Assembly: GCF_001194135.2 (NCBI RefSeq)
Contig: NC_068982.1
Coordinates: 116,296,130 to 116,360,129, forward strand
Source of the DNA: Octopus bimaculoides
Lineage: Eukaryota
Length of the DNA: 64,000 nucleotides
Reading direction: 5' to 3'
The notes below the pieces were generated by a model. It saw only the letters and a program-made list of their open reading frames with translations. It was not told the origin of the DNA and searched no databases. Positions 1-13,868 of the stretch are shown piece by piece. A program made the translations under genes and the position numbers. Every line of letters begins with the position of its first letter. Position 1 is the stretch's first letter.

Positions 1-3000
1 TATGTATCCTGCACATAGTGGTTCATCAAAAAAAATTCTGACAATAGCTATCAGGCTTGAAAATAAATCCTTGAATCAATTTGATCAACTAAACACTTCA
101 ATGTAGTGACCCAGCAAAGTTGCAGACCAATAACTAAAACCAGTAAAAGAAAATACTTCATGAAAGCCATCATCTTTGACTGGCTGACTGAATCACATAT
201 AATTTGGTTCTTTGTTTATGGTTTTTGATTCCATGCAACAGTTGAGAAAATTTTGGTCTTGTCTCTGATCCTCAGCCTATCAATAGATTATTCAGTCTCT
301 CCTTCTTTTGTATTCACTCAGCTTAATGATCTTTCTTTATCTGATCATAATTCCCGTCAACATTTGAGGTTGATAATAATAATTATAACTGAGGCAAGTT
401 AAAGTCCCTAAGGACTGTTATTTATTTCAGTTGATATTGTAATCAACAGATCACTCACACACATGTACTACAGTGAAATATCTCGGATATCAGATATTTC
501 ATTCAGTTCATGAGTACCTAAAATAACACACCTCATCATGTGTTCTACTGGTTAAGATTGTTTTTCCCAACAAGCGACAGTATTAACTTAAATGTATTTT
601 TTAAAGAAGTTACAGCTTACTGCTGCTACTACTGGTGATGATGATGATGATAATGATGTTGTTGTCATTGTCAGACTACACCAATTTTTATCTTATGAAT
701 GTAAATTGAGCCTTCATTCTTTCAAAAGTTTCCTTCTGCTTTAAACATCAGTTTTAATGTGTATCAAGTATCACTTTCCAACTTTCTTCCTTCATTTGAG
801 GTCATCAATCTCTGACTCATTTATTTAAAGAGCATTTTGCATGTTTGTCCTTGGAATTAGTATCTTCTCACTGTACCATAATGTTGTTTTAAAAGTATAT
901 GAAGTTAACCTATGGACTGGAAAGAAAATTTTAATCAGGGTTGGGTGGGATTAATACCATCTAGTTTTGAACCTAGTTGGGATCATCTTCAGAAGTCATG
1001 CACCTGCCTATTCAACCCATGGAGAGACATGTGGAGCTTTATAGCTATTTATAGCCACTAAATCAGTTGGTCTGATTTGCATAAATAATAGTTGGCTGAC
1101 CATTTATTCACTTAATCATATTTGCAATAAATAGCATATTATTATTGACTTTTCTAGGTTTGGCACAGTTTCTCTAATCTCAAAATTACTTTCTACTGGT
1201 ACTTCTCGTAATTTAGCATCACTCACTTGATGCAGTGAGTATTAAGCATCTAATTAGAAAATATTAATGCTATAAGGAAAAGATAGTGTAAGCTCAATGA
1301 CTAATATTATTTTAATCATTTTGGCAGGTATGAGAGATGAATCTTGATATGTTTCAATCTTATTGTACCTCCTTGGTGAAGCCTAGACTTCATTATACTA
1401 CCAAAGAGGTGATGAGAGAATAATATAGAAGTATGTTCACTGTCTATAGTGCTCGGGTGCACTACAACTTGTTAGAAAAGAGTAAAAGAGAGGACAGAGA
1501 GCAGCAATAATTCAAGTAAAGAAATACAACAATGAAAGTCAAAAGTGTATGCACAGCACACAAAAAGATTGAAAAGTGAACTGTAAAAGAGCCTTGAAGA
1601 AGAATGAGTGCATAGGCATGTCAGAAGCATTGTGGATCAATATCTAGTTGTTTGTTGCTTCTAACTTACAATTTGAAGGTAATCTAGTAATCAGCTGTTG
1701 ACTTGAAAGGAAAGACGAACAGATTTACATAGACTGCTTTTGGTTCTTCACTTGTGCTGTTTAGATTCAGATTATCCTTGATCCAGCAGATCTGTGTTCA
1801 AAGCTGTTGTAGCCATTACCATACTGACTTTTATCCAGACATAGTATTATCAAGTTTTATGTTGTCCAGTGTGTCTTTTCTGTTTTTCAAGATTGCAGTG
1901 TGATTTGAGAAAAAATTGGCTGCTATTTCTAAAAGGCCAATCAACCACATAGAGGTTGCTCATTGGCATGAGTTTCTTCAATTTGTTTGAATATGTAATT
2001 GTTATGTCTTGCTTAAGAAGACCCATCAAGCCAAGCAAAATCATAGTTATGACAAATGGCACCTGTGCCGGTGGCACATAAAAGCACCCATTATATTCTT
2101 GGAGTGGTTGGCGTTAGGAAGGGCATCTAGCCATAGAAACCATGCTAAATCAGACTGGGCCTGGTGCAGCTTGCCAGTCTCAGTCAAACCTTCTAACCCA
2201 TGCCAGCATGGACAACAGACATTAAATGATGATGATGATGACTAATTGTTAAGTAAAAGAAATTATCATTATATAGGGATGAACTACCATAGAGTATATT
2301 GTTTATATTATATTTATGTTAAAAAAAAACATCATTTGTTATTAATGACATTCATAAAACTATGACCATCACTACTTAAATTCTCTTGTCCTAAATACTG
2401 CAAATTTTGTAACAATGAAAAAGCAAGTTATTCAGATACTATACAACAAATATTATACAATAATTCTTTACACCACCACTCTCTAGGTACTACGTTCAAA
2501 TTTTTTTGTACATATATGTAAAAGAAAACTGATACATGTACATATATAAGTATGTACATATATAGGTACATACACAAGTATATAAGTATGTACATATATA
2601 GGTACGTACACAAGTATATGTATATGCATAAAAGTACATGTATTAGTTTTTTTTTATATTTTCCACATACTGCTAGAAGTGGTTTAGGCTAGTACACTAC
2701 ATCAAAGTAATACAACGTGACATATCCATTTAAAAGGTATGAAATTATAGGTTTGAAAATAATTCAAGCATTGAAAATTAGTGTTAATGCAAAAAAAAAG
2801 TTTACAAATGTGTTTGTAAAGACAACTGAGCAGTTCATGTTTTATAGAAAATACATGGTGTTTTTGAATTAAAGTTTTTCTGTGTCATATTGGTTAGAGT
2901 AGATAATGTCCCTATGGTGATGAAGGAAACAAGATAAACTGGGTTTTTAATGGAAAACTGGTACAAAAAGAGATACTGTGAATTGGTTTTTTATTCAGCT

Positions 3001-3740
3001 TAACTCTTTTGGTACAATATATCTGATTTTATACAATCTGTTTCAATTAATTTTGAAGTTGGTATTTGGAACACACATTAACATGAAATTTTAGTGGAAA
3101 GTTTTAAATAAAGAAAATTTTGCGCATAAAACCAGGTGCAGTCGTAGGTGGGTTAATATTAAAGGGGTTAACCCTTTAGCATTCAGATTACTCTGTTAAA
3201 TGTAATGCTTATTCATTCACATTGCTTTGAATTAATTTTGTAGCTTCAAGATTTTGATGATGTGATTGTTTATTTTTAGAATGACCTTATAGGGTAGGTG
3301 TGAAAGGCCAGATATGGCTGGTTTGAACATTTGGGCTAGATATGGCTAGTTTGAATATTTGGGCTGGGTATGGTTGGTTTTCAGATTAACTGAAAAGTAA
3401 GTTCCATATAAAGATGTATGGTATATAACAGCTGTTGAAGTTGCAATGGCTTGTGGGCATAAGGCTATCTGTTTGTATGGTACTAATTATTTGACTGTAG
3501 CTGTGTGCATTTTAAACTGGCATTGGAGTGTGTCACTTGTAACAAGAGGTATGACGCTGCTGCTAAATAAACCTTGGACAACCCACTCTGTTGAAACATG
3601 ATTGGTTACTAAAATCAGTTAATAGAGGAAGATTAAGCAGTATGATAATCTCTCAAATGATGTGTAACTTATATTAATTGCTGAAACTGCAGTAGACTGT
3701 TGCTGTAAAACCACTGTCTCTGACCAAAAGGTTGTGCGTG

Positions 3741-3827
3741 TGACGTGGAATGTATAGCTTATAATAGCTGCTTAAGTTGAAATGATTTATATCTGTAAAG
3801 GAAGGGAGCATACTGTGCTTTGTCAAG
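3741..3827 (+). promoter_or_regulatory. Candidate promoter / non-coding first exon of gene 1
   Basis: TGACGTGG (bZIP/UPRE-like) at 3741-3748 and consensus donor AAG|GTGAGT at 3827, upstream of the 5486 acceptor. Confidence 0.3.
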
Positions 3828-5518
3828 GTGAGTCACATTGTTGTTCATTTGAGCAAGACCTTCCTTTCTGCTGAATCAAGAAAAAAGCTTTGAGCATTCT
3901 TTTTTTATAATAGCATATCAAAAGTAATCACAAATTGTACAAGCAATTTTCAAAGGAATGTTGTATTTTGTTCTCACTACATGGGAAACAGTTTCCAATG
4001 GAATGTATTCTGTGTCTTAATTTGCAGCTGTTTGCCAAATAGAACCTTCTTCTTGTAAATATGATTTATAATAATGGGGGAAAGTTGAAAGTCACAGTTT
4101 TGTCTGAATTGTTCGTCTCTCTTAGGTTTCAAATATAATGTAAAAAGAGTTTTTTTTTTTTTTTTGTATAAATACAGTGATGTAGTGAGCTTGTGGTAAC
4201 TGTTTCAGCAGTTCAATTTTCATTAGGTTCAACTTTAACTTTCTGTAGCTCATGTCTTTGGGTCAAGAAATGACAAAGACTGGGTGTCTTGGCATCTGGA
4301 ATGTTGCTAAACGTTCACCATTTTTTATTAGAAGGGTAATATAGAGTTGATAGAAGTTCCATGTTAGTAATATATAGTGGAATAGTGGTGGGAAAAAGTG
4401 ACACCATTGAAAAGTACAAACTGGTTGGCCTGTTCTTGAGGATTTTCAGACCAGGAACTACTATGGATAACTTCCAGAAATCCTTACCCTGGCAGTGCTA
4501 CTGAGGGACATTGTCAGTTTGCGACAAACTCTACAGACACATAAGTGCTATCAGATAGGACTGTCCAAGACATACAGAATGACTCGTTTAATATTTGAAC
4601 ATTTCTGGCTTGTAAAGTTATGTTAAACTGTTGTTTTTGCATGGATTGTAGGTCTTGCAATCAACTTAGTCCATTGAGGAGATTGTTAAACTGCCCTCCT
4701 TTAATCAGGCATGCAAGCAGCTTTCCACTCTCTGGTGGCTATGATGAAAGAGGTTGAGGTGGACAAGGTTAAGAGGATTAAGGACAAACTCTTCCCTCTT
4801 TAGTCAAGGTCTCATTGGCTCTTTACAAGCTCTACCTGGAAAGGAAGGTGAGTATGGAGAGAGAGAGAGTTGCTCTCCTCTCATGAATTTGTCAAAAGGT
4901 GGTGACTGTGGCAAAAATAACCAGTAATCAAAAATGCCTATTTAAGCAATATACCTGTCAGACAATGACAGTTGGCAGATGGCATTTGCCTTTGGTGGTC
5001 AGTCTTGAGTCTGTGGGGTTCCCTGATTAGCCCTAGTTGAAAACCCATAAGTATCAGGAAGAAGGTATGATCCTTGAAGCCATGTCATCATGATGATGAT
5101 TTGAATATTATTTATACTTTTTATTCCCTTTTCTTCCCATCTCGTCTGGTTTCATGTAAACCTCCTATACTATATATAACCTGTTTTGTACTGTTCTCTT
5201 GTGGCAAAAAAATTACCATCATCATCATCACCATCATTATTAAGTGAAAATGATGGCACTATTGGTTGAGCTTCAAACCAAATCCTTGAAATATGTAGTT
5301 ATTTATGTCTTTTCACATTTTGAGTTGATTTGCGAAAATCAAAGTAGGCAGTAAGGAGCTATTTTGTTGACAGTAGTCCTCTATGCAATTTGTGGTCTTT
5401 TGTCTAATTAGAAACCCTTGTTGTTATACTCAAAATGTCTTGTTCTTTCATTTTTAATACATATTTTCTATTTAATTATTTTGCAGATTTATTTTACTCA
5501 TTATTTCCCGATTTCAAA

Positions 5519-5666
5519 ATGAGTGGCGGACAACCAAAGTCTTTGAGTTATGGAAATTCCCCTAACATTCCAATCTTTGAAATTGGAGGAAATGAAAATG
5601 AATTCGGAGTGGTCCAGTCTCCACATAGTGACAGTTATATCCATTCACATCTTCGAGACAGACAAG
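5519..5666 (+). CDS. Uncharacterised gene 1, first coding exon (MSGGQPKSLSYGNSPNIPIFEIGGNENEFGVVQSPHSDSYIHSHLRDRQ)
   Basis: Acceptor tttaattattttgcag ending 5486, ATG at 5519, donor CAAG|gtgaga at 5666 (phase 1). Joins in frame to the 6667 exon. Confidence 0.7.
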
Positions 5667-6666
5667 GTGAGATGATACTTTTGACAATGTTCACATCAGC
5701 TGATACTGCTGTGTATGCTTTCACAAACTTAACCTATTACTTGGTTTAGCTATCCATCTGGCTGTTGGTTACCATTAGCAGATCCCACTTTGCTGCAAGT
5801 ATTTGTTGCTAGGTCCCAAGTCTGAGAGAAAGATTGTCTGCTTGGTCATGGAACATGCATAATATAACAATACTGATGAACTTTTTCTAGTCCAGTGTGT
5901 TGAAATTTTAATTTTTTTAACTTTCTTTCTTTGGAGTGTCACATATATTCATGTATTTTAGTTTTAAGTAAATACTTAAAGATATGCAGAGTAGTGTTTC
6001 TTCAAAGTCCATCATGTATCACCTAAAATTCTGCAGTGTGATTGATATTTTATAAACAGAACTGTGTAGAAGTCCATAATGTGTGTGTGTGTATGTGTGT
6101 GTGTGTAAAAAGCAGTCATAAAGTAGGAATGATAATGTTGATGATGACAATGTATCAACTTCAATAGAGTCAGTATTTTTACATAAACTTTTTCCATATT
6201 GGCATGAATTGGACAAGACTTCATGAAGTAGCATTATTCTACAGGGAGAGTAGATTGCCAGGTTGCACATTGTTTTCTTGAACAAAACACTTTATTTCAC
6301 ATTGTCTCAACCTACTCAAGTGAAATGAATTCCAACAGTAGCTGGAGTTGACTTTGCAGTGGATTAGTTTCCCATCCAGAGAGGAGTCTTGTAACATCAG
6401 TTGCTTAAATACATGGGAGATGGGGTTCAGCTGCAGTCTAATGATTGTTTTGAGCTCAAGGTAGACTTTAACTAGATAATGAATGCTTTGATGACATGTC
6501 ATTCAATGTTGGCTTGATAGTAAACAACAACAATAGCAACTATGTTGATGATTTAAAGAAATGTGAGCAGATGAAGAATTTGTGCATTGTATTAATTATA
6601 TTGCTTAAATCAATATCAATTTTGAGGCCATTTCTAATGTATATTCTGTTTTATTTTATGTTTCAG

Positions 6667-7256
6667 CGAAAGGACCATGGGTAGATAAGGAAGCATTAAA
6701 ACCAATGGAAATTAACCTGAAACCCACCAAATTACCATCGTTAGTTCAACAAGAAAACAATCCACAGTTAACAAAGTCACAGAGCTCCAAAGAATTATCA
6801 GTACCAAAATTTTCCTCAGTCTTTGATGAATGTCAAGAGGAAATGTTCCAACTTGATGATGAGGCTGAAGATCTAATGCCTTTGACTCTCTCTCAAGCAA
6901 CAAAACAAAGGAAAATGTCAAAATCTCATGATGTATTGAATGAAACCATATTAGAGATGTCTCGATCATCTGAAACATGTGAAAAAAGCAAAAGTTCTTT
7001 GTATCGGTTCAAGAGCGATTCAAACTTGAATCATGAGAGGTCCGACATGACCCTTGTAGAGAAAGTTTCCTTATTGAATTTAACGGCGGCAAAAAATTCA
7101 GGAGATGTGAAACCCATGACCACTCGGCGCCAAGTATCCCATGAAAGCTTTGACTGTGACATCTCTGATTCCGAAAGTAAACTGAAGAATTGGTTCTTAA
7201 AAAAGCCAGTATCAATTTCAAAACGAGAGATCAATGCCATTGCACCATTTCCCTGA
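6667..7256 (+). CDS. Uncharacterised gene 1, terminal coding exon (total about 245 aa, ends KNWFLKKPVSISKREINAIAPFP*)
   Basis: Acceptor ttttatgtttcag; 590-nt open frame in AT-rich DNA; Ser/Lys/Glu-rich. C-terminal motif shared with 35152-35427. Confidence 0.85.
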
Positions 7257-10028
7257 TCTGCTGTTCATGTCTTGGTATTTGCTTTGTCGTTAATGTTCTG
7301 TTGGATCTTAAGATAAACTAAAACAATATTAAAACAGGAAGTATATTCTTCTGAACTCAAATATTGCTTTTAGTATGACAATCTACAGAAGAATCTCCAG
7401 AGATGTTAAAGCATCCTCTAATGTCAAGGCTTTTCATTATTGGATGTTTGAACTAAATTTTCTTTCTTTGTGATATTAATTTAATTTATCTATTTGTTTC
7501 CTTTATTTTATTTTGAAACGTTCAATTATGAAATTCCAACATGTACAAAAAAGTTATATGTGTATGCATACCACAATGTTTGGGTATAAATTACTGTGTG
7601 CATGCTTATATATATATATCGTGAAAGAGAGAAAGTGAGATGTTAGGGCATAAATGTATGCGTATACACTCACACACACATTACTGCTTAAACTTTAAAA
7701 CCCAGTACAGTAATATAATAACTGTATAAAATGAAATGACTCCTGAAACTGTATGTTCAGAAATTACCCCAATTTCACAGAATGTATATGAGTAAATAAC
7801 AAAGAGTATATTTTAAAATTCTAGTTTATTATAAAACATTGGATCATTGACTTGAACAGTTGCTCTTTGGTCCTTCTGATTTCTTATTATTTTCTGAAAT
7901 TTTTCTGAGGAAAGTGTTGCTCTGCTAATAATTTCTTTTATTTATTTTAATTCTTTTAAACATTAAAACAGGGCCAATATTTGTCAGCAGAATTGCTTCC
8001 ACCTCAGACTAAATATGTTTCAAAAATTACCTCCAACAAAAAGAAACCCCCTAACTTGTGCCTCTTGCAATATTCAAAAACCTACTGACCATTAATTGGT
8101 AGACTTAGAAAAATGCTCTTATGACTGATTTACAAATTATCTGAATTATAAAAATATTTAGAGGATCACTAAGTTTTACAGTGTGTGTGTGTGTATATGT
8201 GATTTGCATAAACATGTAGGAATCAAAGAGCAGGATGAAATAAATTCCTGTATCCAGCTTAGCACATGAGTACATTACCATTTTGTTCAGTTTTATGAGC
8301 AGATGCCATTGTATTGTTCAACTGTGCAAATGGTTTATTAGAATCCTATTTATTGTCTTATTTTATGTGATCCCACAGCGAAGACTTACCAATTTGTTAA
8401 GGCACTGCTCACCAATGAATGAATGAATTGTTTGCTATATGGATTTTGCATTTTCAAGAAATAGAATTCTTTTGTTTGTGAGAATTTCTGCATTTTGGTA
8501 GTTCTCTACTCTAAGATATGTAAAGAATAAGTTTTGTAATCTCTGTCTTTCACATACATCTGTATTCTGGATTGTTTGTGTAGCACAATGGTTCATGCTG
8601 AATTCCCTTCCTTATACCAGCTTTTGTGATACTGGAATGAGCTATGTCTAACATAAGTAGAAAAATTCATGTTGCCAGAATATGCAGCATTGTCAACTCT
8701 ATACTGGTTTTCTCTTAGAGTTTCTCATTTTCCTAAATATGTTGCCTTAATTATGGATACTCTTTGTTGAAAGTTAATAATTCTGTTTCCCTCCTTCAAC
8801 CTCATTATCCATAACAGAAGAAATTTCCACTATAACTGAATATGTAAACCAATTAAATAGACTTTTGTAAACAAGGGTAGAATCAGGTATCTAATGATAG
8901 ATGCCATCAGTGAATATGTTTCTTACATTAGTTATGTTATCATCAGAGTATATCACCCTCCTAGTTATTACTGGATGTCTTATGGTCAGGGTTTAAGGAG
9001 GTGAAGTTCTTCATCGCTCACTGATCTAGTAGACAGGTGAAATTTCTTCAAAAGGCTAGAGAAATATGTGGATACTGGGGACCTTTCAAGAAAGATGAGT
9101 AGACCAGTAAGTAGATAGATGACAAAGAGTAAATTTAGCTTGCTGCTGCTGTTTCTTGAGAGAACCTCCCTCCTTGATTGTGTATATTTATATAAGTATG
9201 TATATAGAATATTATATATATGCATATATCTATGTATATATATGTATATATATGTATAGCAGTAAAAACCTGTTCTAAAGTTACATTTAGTTTCTTAATA
9301 CTAAGGATACTGCTACAATAACAGTATTCCATTAAGAAAATCTTACGAAATCTACCACCTACGATGTCTCCTAAAGAGAGAGAAAAAAACAAAAAACAAA
9401 GGAAATTGTTTCAAAATCTGGTGACAATCTAATGTTAAATTGTGAAGAAGAAAAAAAAAACCTGTAAAGAATAAAAAAACTGCAGTTTAACATAACTATT
9501 GTTTGGGTCTTTTATAAAGCTTTGTTGTCAAATTTTCTTGTAATGTTAATGTGTTTGAATGATAGTGGTAAAAAATAAGCATAAGCGCTTTATCAATTGT
9601 AGAAGGAAAGCTGCACTAGTGTGAATATATTTTGAGTGTGAAGAAATAGTAAGGTCTGAACTCAGACAAAGGAACACAAGTGGTAAGACAATATGTGGAA
9701 ATAGGCTAAACTAGCTTGGAAAAGCAAATGTAAAAATGATGATGCTGAGTTATACAGTTCTTTATTGCATAGTATGTCAATATATCATGCCTGTTATGTT
9801 GCCATTAAAACATCAATTTTTTTATAACCTGGGTCTACCCTGGGGTTAAACTTCAATCGTCACAACAATTCTAATAATTTCTACTTTTTTATTGGATGAG
9901 AAACATTTCTCTAACAAGCAATATTTTAATGAAATCTTTGTTGTTTTAACATGGGCGACTGATAGGACAAATAAAGAAAGATATCTAACAGGTAAAGGGA
10001 GATAATTAAGGTGGGCTTCTAAATATTT

Positions 10029-10235
10029 TCTTTTACTTTTGTTTCAGTCATTTGACTGCGGCCATGCTGGAGCACCACTTTTAGTCGAACACATCGGCCT
10101 CAGGACTTTTTCTTTGTAAGCCTAGCACTTATTCTATCGGTCTCTTTTGCCGAACCGCTAAGTTATGTGGACGTAAACAGACCAGCATCGGTTGTCAAGT
10201 GATGGTGGGGAGGATAAACACAGCCACAAATACAT
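10029..10235. mobile_element. SINE 3' part (copies at about 39385-39565, 43465-43670, 23232-23305 inverted)
   Basis: TTTGACTGCGGCCATGCTGGAGCACC...TTTTGCCGAACCGCTAAGTTA...GGTTGTCAAG, recurring. Confidence 0.8.
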
Positions 10236-10242
10236 ACATACA

Positions 10243-10980
10243 TCATCATCATCATTTAACGTCCGCTTTCCATTCTAGCATGGGTTGCACGATTTGACTG
10301 AGGACTGGTGAACTAGATGGCTGCACCAGGCTCCAATCTGATTTGGCAGAGTTTCTACAGCTGGATGCCCTTCCTAATGCCAACCACTCCGAGAGTGTAG
10401 TGGGTGCTTTTATGTGCCACTGGCACGAGGGCCAGTAGGCGGTGTTTTTTACGTGCCACCTGCACAGGAGTCAGTCCAGCGGCATTGGCAACAAACTCGC
10501 TCGAATGTTTTGTTCATGTGCCAGTTAGGCTACGCTGGTAATGATCATGCTCAAATGGTGCTTTTTACATGCCATCGGCACGGAAGCCAGACAGTTGCTC
10601 TGGCAATGATCCTGCTCGGATGGTGCTGTTAGCGCTCCACTGGCACGGTACTAATCATCGAATTTGGTTTGATTTCGATTTCACTTACCTCAACAGGTCT
10701 TCGCATGCAGAGTTGTGTCCAAAGAAAGAAAGGTATGCATAAGTAGGCTGGCTACACCCCTGGTAAAGGCCACAGGTTATGGTTTCACTTGTCTTGCCGG
10801 GTCTTCTCATGCACAACATATTTCCAAAGGTTTCGGTCATTCGTCATTGTCTTGGTGAGGCCTAATGTTCAAAGGTCGTGCTTCACCTCATCCCAGGTCT
10901 TCCTGGGTCTATCTCTTCCACAGGTTCCCTCAACCGCTAGGGTGTGGCACTTTTTCACACAGCTATCCTCATCCATTCTT
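10243..10980 (-). mobile_element. RTE LINE 3' end with (GAT)n tail
   Basis: DEDSCVKKCHTLAVEGTCGRDRPRKTWDEV...WKYVVHEKTRQ followed by the same 3' UTR core as 13869-16255. Confidence 0.85.
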
Positions 10981-10981
10981 G

Positions 10982-11055
<74 letters not shown>

Positions 11056-11374
11056 NNNNNNNNNNNNNNNNNNNNNNNNNNNNNNNNNNNNNNNNNNNNN
11101 NNNNNNNNNNNNNNNNNNNNNNNNNNNNNNNNNNNNNNNNNNNNNNNNNNNNNNNNNNNNNNNNNNNNNNNNNNNNNNNNNNNNNNNNNNNNNNNNNNNN
11201 NNNNNNNNNNNNNNNNNNNNNNNNNNNNNNNNNNNNNNNNNNNNNNNNNNNNNNNNNNNNNNNNNNNNNNNNNNNNNNNNNNNNNNNNNNNNNNNNNNNN
11301 NNNNNNNNNNNNNNNNNNNNNNNNNNNNNNNNNNNNNNNNNNNNNNNNNNNNNNNNNNNNNNNNNNNNNNNNNN

Positions 11375-11565
11375 GCGGGTGACACGTAAAAGCACCCACT
11401 ACACTCTCTGAGTGGTTGTTGTTAGGAAGGGCATCCAGCTGTAGAAACTGCCAAATCAGACTGGAGCCTGGTGTTGCCATCCGGTTTCACCAGTCCTCAG
11501 TCAAATCGTCCAACCCATGCTAGCATGGAAAGCGGACGTTAAACGATGATGATGATGATGATGAT
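11375..11565 (+). mobile_element. RTE 3'-UTR fragment / RTE-tailed SINE (related copies at about 2050-2243 +, 12800-13020 -, 17398-17660 +, 27838-28040 -, 41133-41270 -)
   Basis: Shared core GGCGTTAGGAAGGGCATCCAGCTGTAGAAAC...GGAAAGCGGACGTTAAACGATGATGAT. Confidence 0.85.
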
Positions 11566-11566
11566 A

Positions 11567-11607
<41 letters not shown>

Positions 11608-13407
11608 ATATATATACAACAGGCTTTTTGTAGTTTCCATCTACCAAATCCACTAGCAAGACCTGAGATTGTAGTAGAAGGCACTTGGGACTGAACCCGG
11701 AACCTTGTGGTTGGGAAGCAAACTTCTTACCTCACAGCCACTCATTTTGTTTAATTTTTTTGTATTTTCTTCATATGAACCTTACACAGATGATCACATA
11801 CATTAACTATACAACACATACACACAACAGTACATTTCTGTGTTACTCTTTTAAAACCTGGGAGAATCAGTTTTAAAGTGAAAGAAACAGCCTAGTTGTG
11901 TAAGATAAGAATTATTTTGAAATATAATAATTCTGCTTGTCAATCCATTACTTAGCTTGTTGGCAGTGCTTTCACGTGATTAGTGAAGAAGATGGAGAGA
12001 GAAGCATCAATGACATGAAGTAGAAGGAACATAATATTTTTTACGTGGTTAAAAAAGTTAGTTGAAGGTAGTGATATAGGGTAGGAGAGTTGAAGATATA
12101 ATTTTAGCAGAAGGGTGATGTTCCGATGGTTAAAGAAAGGCACAGAGAGAGATGATGGTGGTGAGTGAATATTGAAAAGTGTATTCTTCTTTTAATTGAA
12201 CTAAGTTTTTTTTATATCACATATCACTTAACGCATGCGCATAAGTGCAATTCCATGAAATATTCATGCTTATTTACATGGCATATATATACAATTTAAC
12301 TAAAGGTATCATGTACAGCAATTTTTTTTTCTTTAAGGGAAAAATGGAAAAATAAGTGAATATTTATTTTGTGAGTGCTGTGTATTGTGTCTATAAAACT
12401 GCATAAAATATATAAGGTGCATTAAGTAATCATCGTATTTTAATTTCTTTCACTTTTCAATGAGTGACTATCTTTCTATACAGACACAACATGCTATGCT
12501 TTTAGCTTTTTTTTTATAAAGTTTACCAAAATAACTCAATAGGTTTACCATTAATTCTCTGAAATATTCACAGGTCCTGATAGTACAAATGAAATTGCAA
12601 ATTGGATTCAGAGAATCAAGCAGAAGTCACAGAAAGCACTTCCACATGAAATCGGCTATCAGTTAAATTAAGATTTAGTTTAACTTGTCTATGCAACTGA
12701 AAACCCAGGATACAGAAGTAGTAAAATATTCCCACAAAGAGTAAATAACAATCATAAAATCAAGAGGTATGAGAGATGAATACAAATTATTTCCAGGATG
12801 CCATCATCATCATCATCATTATTTAATGTCCAATTTCTGTGGCATGGATTAGATGGTTTGACTGGGGCTGGCAAGCTAGAGAGCTGCACCAGGCTCCATT
12901 GTCTGCTTTGACATGGTTTCTATGCTTAGATGATCTTCTTAAAGCCAACCACTTTACAGAGTGTACTGGGTGCTTTTTATGTGGCACCAGCATTGGTGGG
13001 GTTGCCTAGTAATTTGCAAGACAAAGATCTCTTAGCTGAGAGATAGAGTGGAATCATGGGATATGGCTCTGTGTCAGGCAAAAGATTAAAGTATAATAGA
13101 GGGACAGAGATAGTTGTCTTTCTGTAGAGGAGATACATGGCTACTCCAGTAGGTCAAGGAAAATGGGAGAAAGGTAGAGAAACAGAGAGAAATAGACAGT
13201 GTTGGTAATATATTGAGGTCTACACACAGGAAAAAGTGGATAGGTGAAGTATAAGTAGCACAGAGGGGATAGAGAGGGGTGTTCCATGAGAGTGTGAAGG
13301 GATATGCCTGTAGCAAGTGATGGTGAGAGGAATTGCGGTGGCTGGAAGGGGGATAGGAAAGATATGTGAGGGGTGTGGAAAGAATGCAGATAGGCACATA
13401 AGAATGA

Positions 13408-13868
13408 TATTATGGTGTTATAAAGCACCTGCAGACAAGGGGTTTAACCCCCAAGGACATTCATGCTGACATGGTTACTGCATTAGGAGATGAGGCTCCA
13501 GCTTTATTAACAGTGCAAAAGTGGGTAGCTGAATTTAGGAGGGGAAGGGAGAGCCTTGAAGATAACCCAAGGTCTGGACATCCTGCAACTCCCATAACCA
13601 AGAAAAACATTGAATGTGTTCACCACATGGTGATGGATGACAGGCAATTGACTATAAATCAAATAACCAATGCTATTAGCATATCCTGTGAGAGAGTTGA
13701 GAATATTATGCTCAAGGAACTTGGCATGATGAAGGTTTCTGCTTGGTGACTGCCATATCTTCTGACACCTGATCAAAAGTGCACCATGCTGGTCACATCA
13801 CAGAAAACTTTGACATTGTTTGAGGCAGATCCAATTGGTTTCCTTGAACATTTCCTAACCCAGGATGA
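13408..13868 (+). mobile_element. Mariner transposase 5' remnant, truncated by an RTE insertion
   Basis: HTH region KWVAEFRRGRESLEDNPRSGHP, degenerate WVPRLL motif, ends at LTQDE (first catalytic Asp). Confidence 0.85.

Noticed and set aside
1330-1800. Possible decayed LINE remnant (also 910-1060 and 45600-45900)
   Set aside because: No motif that I could identify with confidence.
10789-11480. Long ORFs spanning N gaps and (TA)n/(CA)n tracts (also 21636-21924, 43645-44688, 47483-48101, 56461-56743)
   Set aside because: Artefacts of Ns and microsatellites; no coding evidence.
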